Positions 21,173 to 34,446 of a stretch of 64,000 bases of DNA are shown here, one piece after another. The DNA is taken from assembly GCA_963809485.1 (NCBI GenBank), contig CAWEJX010000021.1, positions 116,335-180,334 of the forward strand, read 5' to 3'. Numbering within the stretch: the first letter of the stretch is position 1; each line of letters starts with the position of its first letter. Made by a program: the position numbers and the translations under genes. Source of the DNA: an uncultured Acidobacteriota bacterium. Lineage in GTDB: Bacteria; Acidobacteriota; UBA6911. The notes beneath the pieces were generated by a model. It ran no database searches. It was not told the DNA's origin and saw nothing but the letters and a program-made list of their open reading frames with translations.

Positions 21173-21792
21173 GCAAACCGGCTGTAGCCCTCTCTCATAC
21201 GGGTCACAAGGACTACCAGGGCGCCAAGCTCGGGATGTGGATCTTTCTCTTCACCGAGCTTCTCCTGTTCGGCGGCCTGTTCATACTGTACTCCTCCTAT
21301 CGCGCCATCTATCCGCATGATTTCCACGAGGGAGGCCAGCATCTGAACGTGGTCATCGGGGTCGTGAATACGGTGTTCCTGCTCACCAGCAGCCTCACGG
21401 TCGCCGTCTCAATCTCGGCTCTCCGGAAAGGCAATCGCCAGCTCACTTTGCAGTGCCTGGGAGCCACGATCGTGCTGGGAATCCTGTTCCTGGCCAACAA
21501 ATATATCGAGTGGAGCGAGGAAATCCGCCGCGGCATTTACCCGAACGGGCCCGAACTCGGGAAGCTTCCCAACGGAGAAAAAATATTTTACGGATTGTAT
21601 TACAGCATGACCGGCCTGCACGGCCTGCACGTGCTTGCAGGCGTCGTGGTGCTCACTGTGATCCTCGCGTTCGTCCTGAGAAACAGGATCACGACCGCCG
21701 ATTATGTAAAGCTCGAAAATGCCGGATTGTACTGGCATCTTGTGGACGTGATCTGGATCTTTTTGCTCCCTATGCTCTATCTCGCCGCTTGA
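21169..21792 (+). CDS. ctaE: Cytochrome c oxidase subunit III
   Basis: [40 protein letters not shown]; ATGA overlap with subunit I. Confidence 0.95.
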   Translation: MSKPAVALSHTGHKDYQGAKLGMWIFLFTELLLFGGLFILYSSYRAIYPHDFHEGGQHLNVVIGVVNTVFLLTSSLTVAVSISALRKGNRQLTLQCLGATIVLGILFLANKYIEWSEEIRRGIYPNGPELGKLPNGEKIFYGLYYSMTGLHGLHVLAGVVVLTVILAFVLRNRITTADYVKLENAGLYWHLVDVIWIFLLPMLYLAA

Positions 21793-21803
21793 CGGAGTTT
21801 GCG

Positions 21804-22094
21804 ATGGAACCAGCACAGGAACACAGTCCCATAATTCCCTATCAGACCCTGGTGCAGGTGTGGCTGGTCCTGCTTCTGTTAACCGCGATCCTGGTCTTCG
21901 TAAGCACCAGGTATCACGAAGCCCTCTCTGTCTGGGCCATGCTGACTCTGACTCCGTTGAAGGCGGGCCTGGTTTTTTATTATTTCATGCACCTGAAATA
22001 CGAGAAGCCTTTCCTTAAGACCATGGTGCTGATAACAATCGCCGCGCTCCTCATTTTCATCGGTCTGACTTTCCTGGATATTTTGCAGAGGTAA
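21804..22094 (+). CDS. ctaF: Cytochrome c oxidase subunit IV
   Basis: VWLVLLLLT...KAGLVFYYFMHLKYE. Confidence 0.9.
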   Translation: MEPAQEHSPIIPYQTLVQVWLVLLLLTAILVFVSTRYHEALSVWAMLTLTPLKAGLVFYYFMHLKYEKPFLKTMVLITIAALLIFIGLTFLDILQR

Positions 22095-22100
22095 GATGCC

Positions 22101-23045
22101 ATGCCGATTGCACCTCAAGCATCGACAGCCGCGCAGCAGGTCGACACGGTCTTTCTCTTTATTGTCGCGGTGAGCCTTGCGTTCCTGCTCCTCATCACCA
22201 TCCTGATGGTGTATTTCGTCATCCGGTACAACCGGAAGCGGCATCCGAAGGGCGAAGATATCGAGGGAAGCAAATGGCTGGAAATTGTCTGGACGATTAT
22301 ACCGACTGTTCTTTTCCTGGGGATGTTTTATTACGGCTGGACCAATTTCGACTACATGCGCAGCGTTCCCCGCGACGCCATGGTCGTCGAGGTCACTGCG
22401 CGCCAATGGGCTTATTCGTTCACTTATCCCAACGGAAAGCGCACCACGGAGCTCTATCTCGCTCTGAATAAGCCGGTCAAAACAGAACTTCATTCTCTGG
22501 ATGTGATCCACGGCTTTTACGTGCCGGCCTTCCGCATAAAACAGGACATCGTCCCCGGCCGTCAGAACTACACATGGTTCACCCCGACGATGCTCGGAAG
22601 CTTTGACATCGAATGCACCGTAATCTGCGGCCCCGGCCACGCGGAGATGCTGTCGAAGGTCATCGTGGTTCCGGTCCCGGATTTCGAGGCCTGGTATTTT
22701 GGCGATGAGAACACGCCCTTGCCCGGAGCGGCAAAGACCGAAGCCCCGGAGCGGCAGGATCCGGCAATAGCGCTTCTCCGCCAAAAGGATTGCCTGGCCT
22801 GCCACTCGCTGGACGGCAAGGTGATGGTGGGGCCCACATTCAAGGGAATCTTCGGCCGGACCCAAATGGTCAAGGATCCCGACGGCAAGGAGCGCGAGAT
22901 CACGGTGGATGCATCCAGCCTGGAGAAGTCGATCCGCGATCCCAACGCCGAGATTGTGAAGGGGTACCCGGCGGCCATGCCGCCTGCGGCTTTGACCGAC
23001 GACGAGCTGAACCGGATGGTCGAATTCCTCAAAAGCCTGAAATAA
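22101..23045 (+). CDS. ctaC: Cytochrome c oxidase subunit II with C-terminal cytochrome c
   Basis: WLEIVWTIIP, DVIHGFYVP, CuA motif CTVICGPGHAEM, heme motif CLACH. Confidence 0.95.
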   Translation: MPIAPQASTAAQQVDTVFLFIVAVSLAFLLLITILMVYFVIRYNRKRHPKGEDIEGSKWLEIVWTIIPTVLFLGMFYYGWTNFDYMRSVPRDAMVVEVTARQWAYSFTYPNGKRTTELYLALNKPVKTELHSLDVIHGFYVPAFRIKQDIVPGRQNYTWFTPTMLGSFDIECTVICGPGHAEMLSKVIVVPVPDFEAWYFGDENTPLPGAAKTEAPERQDPAIALLRQKDCLACHSLDGKVMVGPTFKGIFGRTQMVKDPDGKEREITVDASSLEKSIRDPNAEIVKGYPAAMPPAALTDDELNRMVEFLKSLK

Positions 23046-23101
23046 TCCGGATACACACGGACATCCCGCATTCCCGAAACCGGAAACAGAAACGGATCTG
23101 T

Positions 23102-27387
<4,286 letters not shown>

Positions 27388-27400
27388 TTATGTCCTGTAA

Positions 27401-27872
27401 CGGGCCTGAATGCAAAAATGGTGCATTGACGAGCGAGTGCATGATCGCCGTATCTGACATCCAAAAGTACCAAATGCTCGCGCACAGAATCAAGGAACTC
27501 GCTTTGAGTCGGATAGGTAGCCTTCATAGGCGGTCTTGCAGGATGGACCGTTATTTTTTTGATCTCAGGTGGAGGTGCGTAGCCGCTTCTCCAGTATAGT
27601 TGGGGCAGAGAGATTCCGAACCGTTCCATATGAGAATCGATTATGTCCTTGCTGGATAATAAGCCTTGGAAAATATCCGGCTGCATTGCAGTGATGAACC
27701 GGAACCGCAGCTCGTGATAGTCTGTAATTCCTGCTGAAAGATACATGGATGCAACGGCTTGAGGACTTTCTTAGGGTTCGCTCTGTGTATGTATGCGAGT
27801 GAGGAACAGACGGTCCGGTTTGAGGTTTGAGGAAAGGATTCGGGCGAAATTCCGGTATCCTGCAGGATATGA
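27401..27872 (-). pseudogene. Diverged duplicate of the 3' half of the methyltransferase at 34447-35355
   Basis: Near-identical to ~34518-34988 (ITDYHELRFRFITAMQPDIFQG...MKATYPTQ.EFLDSVREH); in-frame TAA at EP*ESP; no 5' half. Confidence 0.85.
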
Positions 27873-28290
27873 ACAACGAGCGCTGAGGTAAAGCGATCCA
27901 GATAGCTTCTTATGGTAGTGTCCGCGACACCAAACGACCGGGCGAATTCCGATGAGTTCCATACTTGCCCATGATAGTGAGCCAACATTGTCCAGAACCG
28001 GCGCATGGTTGTTGAATTGATGCTTATGCCCAATTGGGGCAAATCACGCTCCAGAAAAGTACGGATGAAACCCTTGCGCCACTCGTTACTCTCATTTGGA
28101 AAGTGCACCAGATAGGAGCGCGGAAGGCTGCAGCGAAACCATAGCTTTTCATGCTTCGCCGCGCCCAGCTCCTTTAGCGTAAAACAACCGATTTCGTGAT
28201 AAAAAATGCGGCCGGCCAGGCCTTCCGAGCTTTGACGCAAAAGATCTAGAGATGCGCTTCCCAGCACAAGAAAGGTGCGCACCTCTGCGC
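27873..28290 (-). pseudogene. Internal fragment of an AAA_14/DUF4143 ATPase
   Basis: FLVLGSASLDLLRQSSEGLAGR, FIRTFLERDLPQLG, RRFWTMLAHYHGQ; no Walker A and no C-terminus. Confidence 0.8.
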
Positions 28291-28388
28291 CCAAAACCCT
28301 TTTCAAAAGCCTCACTTTTAGGTCAAGATCCCACCGAATTTGATGAATGGGGCGATTTTGACCCCGAAGTTTACATAAGCCATAATTA

Positions 28389-28460
28389 TCAGCAGTTGAA
28401 AGAGAGTGCCAAAGGAGCTATGTCCGGGAGGCCTATGACCAAAACGGCAGTTAATGCTTC
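28389..28460 (+). repeat. 72-bp inverted repeat, left copy
   Basis: tcagcagttgaaagag...ggcctatgaccaaaacggcagttaatgcttc is the reverse complement of 29537-29608 with a few mismatches. Confidence 0.85.
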
Positions 28461-28631
28461 CTAGCGCGGCCGCTGGCCGCAACCAAGGATATTGGATGCT
28501 GACGGTGAGGCCGCGCGCTATCAGCTGTCAGCTTTCAGCGGTCAGCCTCTGAACATAATTGCGGAAGTGCTTGGTTTTAAAAGGGAAGCAAAACTTCGTT
28601 GTAAAACGCAAAGAAGTCATAGATAAAGATT

Positions 28632-28763
28632 CTATCCATTCCGACAACGCTTAATGGCGGAAAGCACCTTCAGGTGCAAGATTGTCAGCCAAGACCGGTT
28701 TTTCTCAATGAAGTTTTTTCCTGCCGCACGAATAATGTCCGCCATCTCAAAGGGCGGCTGCAT
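28632..28763 (-). pseudogene. IS91-family transposase N-terminal stub
   Basis: Manual translation MQPPFEMADIIRAAGKNFIEKNRSWLTILHLKVLSAIKRCR, coupled (TGATG) to the integrase; truncated. Confidence 0.75.
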
Positions 28764-29285
28764 CACTGAGGTTGTTTCCTCCCGGAACGTTTCACCTCGG
28801 CAACATCCGATATGGCCAGGGCATCCAACGGATTCGGACAGGCGTGCAAATGGCGTTGGGATAAATGTAAATAGATGGTTGTATAGGTAATGCTGCTATG
28901 GCCAAGCAGCATTTGGATGGTCCGCAGATCCGCCCCTGCCTCCAGAAGATGTGTCGCAAATGAGTGTCTACAATTATGGCAGCCTACCGCTTTTTGCACT
29001 CCTGCTTTCCTGGCTGTGGATCGGCAGATATCAAATATGCCTTTCGTTGTGATAGGCGACCCCTTCCTCACTTTGTAGCGGCTCGGAAAAAGATGCGTCT
29101 GCGGTTTCATCCAGCGCCAATACTCCCGCAATGTTTCCAGTAGCTTCGGACTGAGCGGCATATCTTGGTCCTTTCCTCCTTTTCCTCGATGAATGCGAAC
29201 CATCATGCGCTTGCTGTCGATATCGCCGATGGCAAGATGAGCCAGTTCCGCACAGCGCATTCCGGTCGAATAGAGCGCGTGTGGT
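28763..29285 (-). pseudogene. XerD-like tyrosine recombinase, 5'-truncated (IS91-associated type)
   Basis: LYSTGMRCAEL, GKGGKD, H..RHSFATHLLEAGADLRTIQMLLGHSS..TT.Y; N-terminal core-binding domain missing. Confidence 0.85.
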
Positions 29286-29536
29286 GAAGAAACTCAGAAG
29301 CCCCATAATTGCGCGGCGCTTAATCGGTTGGAAGCGGGGATAAGCTGCAATTTTGGTCAACATTACGGGCTGCAATTCCAGGCCCGTGCTTCAACTGGGT
29401 ACGATGTCTAACTCATCTGTTGGAGTCAGGGAAGTGAACTGTAACCTGCGGATACTTTCTGCGAGCATGCAGCGTGGCGCCCAGCTTCAGATGCCAGACC
29501 AGATCAAGCCGCTTTGCGGTACTATTCCATGGATAT

Positions 29537-29608
29537 GAAGCATTAACTGCCGTTTTGGTCATAGGCCTCCCGGAGATACCTCCTTTGGCACCCTCTTTCA
29601 ACTGCTGA
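29537..29608 (-). repeat. 72-bp inverted repeat, right copy, followed by a 15-bp tandem duplication aaggaattaggattc x2 (29609-29638)
   Basis: Direct sequence comparison. Confidence 0.85.
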
Positions 29609-29682
29609 AAGGAATTAGGATTCAAGGAATTAGGATTCTATAAGGCGAGACAGGGTACGCTCCGAAATAAAGCGCTTGACGC

Positions 29683-30060
29683 TTACGCAGCGGATCCTTT
29701 GACAGCATATGGACGAATCAGAACATCGGCGGATATGCCGAGGCCGGTGTGCAGCTTGCGAATCATTTCAATGGAAAGCGCCCGCTTCCGATTCAGCACT
29801 TCCGCGACTCGGGCACGACTGCCTAGATAGGGCTCCAGATCCCGTCGCTCCAGCCCCCGGCTTTCCATGTGATAGATCAGCGCTTCGATAGGGTCCGGCG
29901 GTTCAATCGGTTCGTGCAGTGACTCGTAATGTTCCACCAGTGTCGTCAGAACCTCAAGCCGGTCCCCCGCCGGTGTGCCGGGCGCCGCGTCCATCAGACG
30001 CTCGATCTCAGCCAAGGCCTCTCGATAATCCACATCGGTCTTAATCGGCCGAATTTTCAT
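29683..30060 (-). CDS. higA: HigA antitoxin (HTH)
   Basis: MKIRPIKTDVDYREAL...LEVL..LVEHYE...PDPIEA...EVLNRKRALSIEMIRKLH. Confidence 0.92.
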   Translation of the reverse strand: MKIRPIKTDVDYREALAEIERLMDAAPGTPAGDRLEVLTTLVEHYESLHEPIEPPDPIEALIYHMESRGLERRDLEPYLGSRARVAEVLNRKRALSIEMIRKLHTGLGISADVLIRPYAVKGSAA

Positions 30061-30066
30061 AAAACC

Positions 30067-30366
30067 TCACACTTGCTCGACATCGATCCCGTCATACTCC
30101 TCGTGAGTGCCGACAAATCGTATATAACAGATCTGATAAGGATAATTGATTGCCACCACCAGCCGATATCGGTTTCCCTTGATGTTAAACACGACCCGGT
30201 TTCGGCCGAGAATGCTGGCATTTGCATACTTGCGTTTGACATCTGCCGGAGATTTCCAGGCCGCAGTCTGAACGTCGTAATACCAAGCCCGGAGACTTTG
30301 CTCTGCATCCGGATGGCGCTCCCAGAATTCCCTCAGAGTCCGCCGCGCGATAATGCGCATAAGCAA
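30067..30366 (-). CDS. higB: HigB toxin
   Basis: MRIIARRTLREFWERHPDAEQSLRAW...VVFNIKGNRYRLV...RFVGTHEEYD; toxin upstream of antitoxin. Confidence 0.93.
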   Translation of the reverse strand: MLMRIIARRTLREFWERHPDAEQSLRAWYYDVQTAAWKSPADVKRKYANASILGRNRVVFNIKGNRYRLVVAINYPYQICYIRFVGTHEEYDGIDVEQV

Positions 30367-30732
30367 GTATACGGCGCTCCCATTATGGGAGCAAAGGAAA
30401 ATATTCTCTTGATCGACGGTGTTGCCCCATTTTGCAGGCTGATTTCAGCGTTTCAGGATTTTCCGCAACCGCCGGAAGCAAGGCCGCGTCAATCGGGAAG
30501 GTCCTTCCGGATATAAGGGATCGTCTTCATGACCACCGGGATGAAACCGACGATAAGCTTGCAGCGCTGGCATTCAAAATCTGGCGAGCTGAGAAACTTA
30601 CAAAATTGGCTGGAGTCCATTGAGAGTCCATTAACAGACTCTCAAAAAGAACGCCTTTAGAATCCATGGTCTGCAATAGTCAGCAATCAACACCATAGGC
30701 GCTAAATTTTTTGTTTTCAATTCACGTTCAAT

Positions 30733-30777
30733 TTCCCAAGCTGGACGTCGCGGGTTCTATCACCGTCTCCCGCTCCA
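30733..30777 (+). mobile_element. 3' half of tRNA-Gly(CCC): integration att core
   Basis: ttcccaagctggacgtcgcgggttctatcaccgtctcccgctcca gives anticodon loop, degenerate T arm and acceptor CCA; no 5' half upstream. Confidence 0.8.
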
Positions 30778-30828
30778 TAGAATAAAGTTACAGAAGATCC
30801 CCCGAGCGGCAGAGTCGAATAGAGTCCA

Positions 30829-31087
30829 TTAAGCCTCCAAAACCCTCTCCAAAGCATTCACCGCGTTTTTCCGGCAGCTGATTGACACGATCGAGTACAG
30901 GTTTTCGTTCACATCAACCGAATGCCCCATCTGTTCCGCCCGTATCTGCGGGTCGACGTCCAGTTCTTTCAAAAAGGGAACTGTGGGTTCGCCGCATGAC
31001 CTGGAAATTTGCCCAAGCCAATCCGGCTGTCTTGAGTTCCGGCAGGAAACCGCGCCTCCAATAGTTGTCTTTTGCCAGAGGTGTCGT
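30829..31087 (-). pseudogene. Tyrosine integrase C-terminal fragment (not in ORF track)
   Basis: Manual translation TPLAKDNYWRRGFLPELKTAGLAWANFQVMRRTHSS /frameshift/ KELDVDPQIRAEQMGHSVDVNENLYS...AVNALERVLEA*. Confidence 0.75.
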
Positions 31088-31458
31088 TAGTACCAGCTAA
31101 GCGCACGGCCTCTGGCCCTGCGACCCTGACAGGCTAAGCCGTTCCGTCTGTTGGAATAACCTCTCCCTCCGGGGAAAGCCCATATGGGCAGGAGGAAGAG
31201 CGCATGGAAGACCTTGAGGATTTGGCACATGTGCACTGGGTTGGTGAAAGTACCGTATCCACTGTGGTCTGCAATGAATATACCGGCATAGTCCATGCCC
31301 TATCCTTAAATCCTTGCTCTGCGCGCCACGCTACGGCTCGATTTCGCCTCAGCCCTTATCGTGCCATTACCTTTACCAAAGTATTGGCCTAGCAAAAAGG
31401 CTGCTCGGAAGAGCGGCCCTCAATTGGTGAGGGAGCATGAATGTTGCAGATAACGCTG

Positions 31459-32070
31459 CTATTTTCGCCTGCGCCATGCTGCCAGTGCTAACCCAATGAG
31501 TCCGCTGCTCAAGAGAAAAATTGTTCCCGGCTCCGGCGCCTCTAAGTCCTGAGTCTCGATGACAAGGGCAATGGAACCTACGCTATAGTGGCAATCCGGA
31601 TCGAAGCTCAGACTGAAATGGCTGTTGTTGTTCACATAGCCGGCCAACCAATCGACCAAGCCGAGCGTGCTGAAGTTGAATGTCAGAGTTTCGGGAGATC
31701 CGTAATGCAAATCATTGTAGTCTGCAATCGGAATGCCGACCCTGCTGACAAAGACATCCGAAGGATTCTGATTATCCCAGGTTGGGGCAGATAATCCCTC
31801 GAGTCCAGTGCCGCTGCTGCCATTGTCGAGCAGGCGCATGTGAAGGACATTGGGTTCACTCGCCCAATTGTCAATTCCTGTGATGGTGAGATTGGCTTCT
31901 GTGATGGATTGGCTGGTGGGAAGCGACCACTGGATTCCCCATTCGTAGGCATAATGATGATCGAGAGGCAGCAGCTCTGCAGGCGCCGTGAATGTGAAGG
32001 TGTCCGCCGCAGCGATAGATACCGAAAACATGAAGATACATGCGGCTAATGTAAGGAAACGGGCGTTCAT
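31459..32070 (-). CDS. PEP-CTERM sorting domain protein
   Basis: Signal peptide; C-terminus APEPGTIFLLSSGLIGLALAAWRRRK. Confidence 0.92.
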   Translation of the reverse strand: MNARFLTLAACIFMFSVSIAAADTFTFTAPAELLPLDHHYAYEWGIQWSLPTSQSITEANLTITGIDNWASEPNVLHMRLLDNGSSGTGLEGLSAPTWDNQNPSDVFVSRVGIPIADYNDLHYGSPETLTFNFSTLGLVDWLAGYVNNNSHFSLSFDPDCHYSVGSIALVIETQDLEAPEPGTIFLLSSGLIGLALAAWRRRK

Positions 32071-32139
32071 AAATCCTCCTTATTTATCTTTTCTATCTGG
32101 GGGAGGGAACCACAGAAGGGAATGATCAATCCCTATTAC

Positions 32140-32154
32140 GCAACATTTGTGCCA
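32140..32154 (-). promoter_or_regulatory. sigma54 (-24/-12) promoter of the PEP-CTERM gene
   Basis: Minus strand TGGCAC-AAATG-TTGC matches the consensus. Confidence 0.8.
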
Positions 32155-32265
32155 AAAGGCACTCCGGTTTGGGCATTCACCTTACAACCGATGATTTCAT
32201 TAGCTTTACCTTCACAATGCAGCCTTGAATAATGCTCAGCCACACTTGCTGAGAATTAGGGGTAA

Positions 32266-32371
32266 TGTAAAAGATTTCGACATATATGCTGAAGGCATTT
32301 TTCACGTAGATCCTTAATGATTGACAAATAAGAATTACCCCTAATAAATCTGGTCGTAAGGAATTCCGACA
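32266..32371. promoter_or_regulatory. Two enhancer-like boxes (TGT-N11-ACA type)
   Basis: TGTAAAAGATTTCGACA (32266-32282) and CGTAAGGAATTCCGACA (32355-32371), ~110-220 bp upstream of the sigma54 site. Confidence 0.6.
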
Positions 32372-32539
32372 CTATAGATCTTAGGGTATTCGCCTCAACC
32401 GCTGCGAATCTAAGAAATCGTTGCAGCCCTTTGAGTTGATAACAGAAAGATGCGTGATTGAACCGCGCTGCTACATTTTTCAAATCGCGCTCGCTTGCGA
32501 TAACCGCTCAAAACGGATCGGAATTTGCGGTCTGTCATT

Positions 32540-32895
32540 TTCATTGCCATTCGCCTCGAAGGTACGTGCAGTCTACGACGGCCGTGAGGTCGGCGTCATG
32601 AATGCCTGCGGCCACGATCTTCATACCGCCATTCTGATGGGAGTTGCCGAAGTCCTGGCCGGCGTTCGCAGCGATCTTCCCGGCAGCGTAAAGTTCCTTT
32701 CCCAGCCTGCCGAAGCGGGAGCCCTATCCGGCGAACAAGACCGCGCAGCGCCCATGATTCGAGAAGGCGCTCTCGACAATCCCCGGCCGGAAGCCATCCT
32801 CGGACTGCACATGGACCTCTGCCCTTTCGGCGAAATCCACTGTCGTCCGTGACCCATAATGGCAAGCTCGGATTCCCTCAAAATCCGTGTGCACA
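32540..32895 (+). pseudogene. M20-family amidohydrolase internal fragment
   Basis: LPFASKV...VM(N)ACGHDLHTAILMG...VKF..QPAE.G...LGLH, in-frame TGA, then PIMASSDSLKIRV; both ends missing. Confidence 0.8.
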
Positions 32896-33507
32896 GCCGG
32901 CGGTGGCGACGGAACGTTTGTCGTGGTTTCCCGACGGACGGGTTTTGTATCGCCTGAAGCATCGATGGCCCGAATTCGTCGGCGCGACGGCACATTGGTT
33001 TGGGTCTTAACCACCACATTCGGTACTCCTATGGGCAGGGACCGGATGGTTTTTGTCTCTATGGATGTGGATATCACTGAGCGCAAAAGGGCAGAGGAGG
33101 AGCTGATGCAGAAGAACATTGCGCTTGGCGAGATGCTTAAGCAGATAGATTTTGAAAAGGAGAAAGTAAAGAAAGAGATCACGGTCAACGTCGAACTATT
33201 GCTCATTCCGACCTTAAAAAAACTGTATTTAAAAAGAGGCTCGAATAAATATGTTCGGTTACTCGAGCATAATCTCAGGGAAATAACTACATCTTTTGGC
33301 TTGAAGATAACCGATAAAAAGAGCAGGCTCACTTCCAAGGAAATTGAGCTTTGCAATATGGTTAAGAGCGGGCTATCTAGTAAGGATATATCAGAATTAC
33401 TTAATGTTTCTTCTCTTACGGTAAGTAAACACCGCAGAAATATCCGCAAGAAATTGAGAATTTCTAATAAGGACGTCAATCTAGCTTCTTTCCTAAAGAC
33501 TCTTTAG
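32887..33507 (+). CDS. PAC-motif plus LuxR-HTH regulator, probably 5'-truncated
   Basis: RIRRRDGTLVWV...DITERKRAEEEL; LTSKEIELCNMVKSGLSSKDISELLNVSSLTVSKHRRNIRKKL. Confidence 0.75.
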   Translation: MCTAGGGDGTFVVVSRRTGFVSPEASMARIRRRDGTLVWVLTTTFGTPMGRDRMVFVSMDVDITERKRAEEELMQKNIALGEMLKQIDFEKEKVKKEITVNVELLLIPTLKKLYLKRGSNKYVRLLEHNLREITTSFGLKITDKKSRLTSKEIELCNMVKSGLSSKDISELLNVSSLTVSKHRRNIRKKLRISNKDVNLASFLKTL

Positions 33508-33803
33508 ATACAAATCATCCCTGTTTATCAGTGAGTATTATGCATACTCATTCCAGCCCCATTTAAGTCTCATTGTCAAATTTCTGGACCAGTTTATCCT
33601 CTAAATAAAAGAAGGTAGACCTGTTACATAACCTTGTTTTGGGGGAAACCATCTGGAATGTCAGGACTATTCATCTCAACACGCTGTGATATGAGGCAGC
33701 TGGCAACACGTCACTGTCCTTCATTGCTCGAGATCAACGACGACATCCCCCCGATCCACTATCCTATAACCAGTTAAATAATTATGCCTGGAAAGGAGCA
33801 CAA

Positions 33804-34220
33804 TTGGCCGGAATAAAACTAGTGGTTGCCGATGATAACGACAGTTTTCGCAAGGCTTTGGTTCGGTTCCTGAGCAATTATTTTGTGGTTCTCGATGCTG
33901 TGACAGATGGCGGGGAGCTTATTAACTCCGCAACCTTATTGAATCCGGATGTGATCGTCAGTGATGTTTGCATGCCGATAATCACAGGGCCGGAAGCGAT
34001 GCACGAATTAAACACACGAGGGATTACAATTCCCTTCGTTTTTGTCAGCGCAGGAGAGAACAAAATCGGGGACCACGTTTTATTTGTCTCCAAGGACAAA
34101 ATTACGCATCAGTTGCTGCCGGCCATCCAAAAAATTGTATCGGATTCGCCATTTGTTTCGCACAAAACTCTTACAGCGGACGATCGCCGGCCAGGTCAAG
34201 TGCTCTTGGAACAAAGATAA
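33804..34220 (+). CDS. Stand-alone response regulator receiver domain
   Basis: LVVADDN...PDVIVSDVCMP...VFVS...K; TTG start after aaggag. Confidence 0.75.
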   Translation: MAGIKLVVADDNDSFRKALVRFLSNYFVVLDAVTDGGELINSATLLNPDVIVSDVCMPIITGPEAMHELNTRGITIPFVFVSAGENKIGDHVLFVSKDKITHQLLPAIQKIVSDSPFVSHKTLTADDRRPGQVLLEQR

Positions 34221-34446
34221 TGCAGTTTGGAGTTTCTGCTGTAGGGTATGTCATCCTTCTAATCTTCGCGCTTCTTTTTTTCAGAGGTGCAAGTTTCAGG
34301 CCAACCCGCGTGTTCTCGACTTCCAACAACGGTGACGGGAACAAACTACTGCGGAACTTGAAACTCCCTTTGTTGCAGCGCACTCCGACGTTTTCGCTGA
34401 CTGCGACATTTGGGTAGGCGTGCCAGCCCGCCTCCTGGAGTAGCCG

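Noticed and set aside
30432-30623. Second integrase tail on the + strand left of the att core
   Set aside because: Position is suggestive but no catalytic motif can be read; unsupported.
30733-30777. Functional tRNA-Gly gene
   Set aside because: Only the 3' half is present, the T-loop is mutated (ttctatc), and there is no D arm or 5' acceptor strand upstream.
32850-32852. Possible Sec readthrough at the TGA in the amidohydrolase
   Set aside because: The position corresponds to Gly in the RPGP motif, not Cys, and the gene is a fragment with other damaged motifs.
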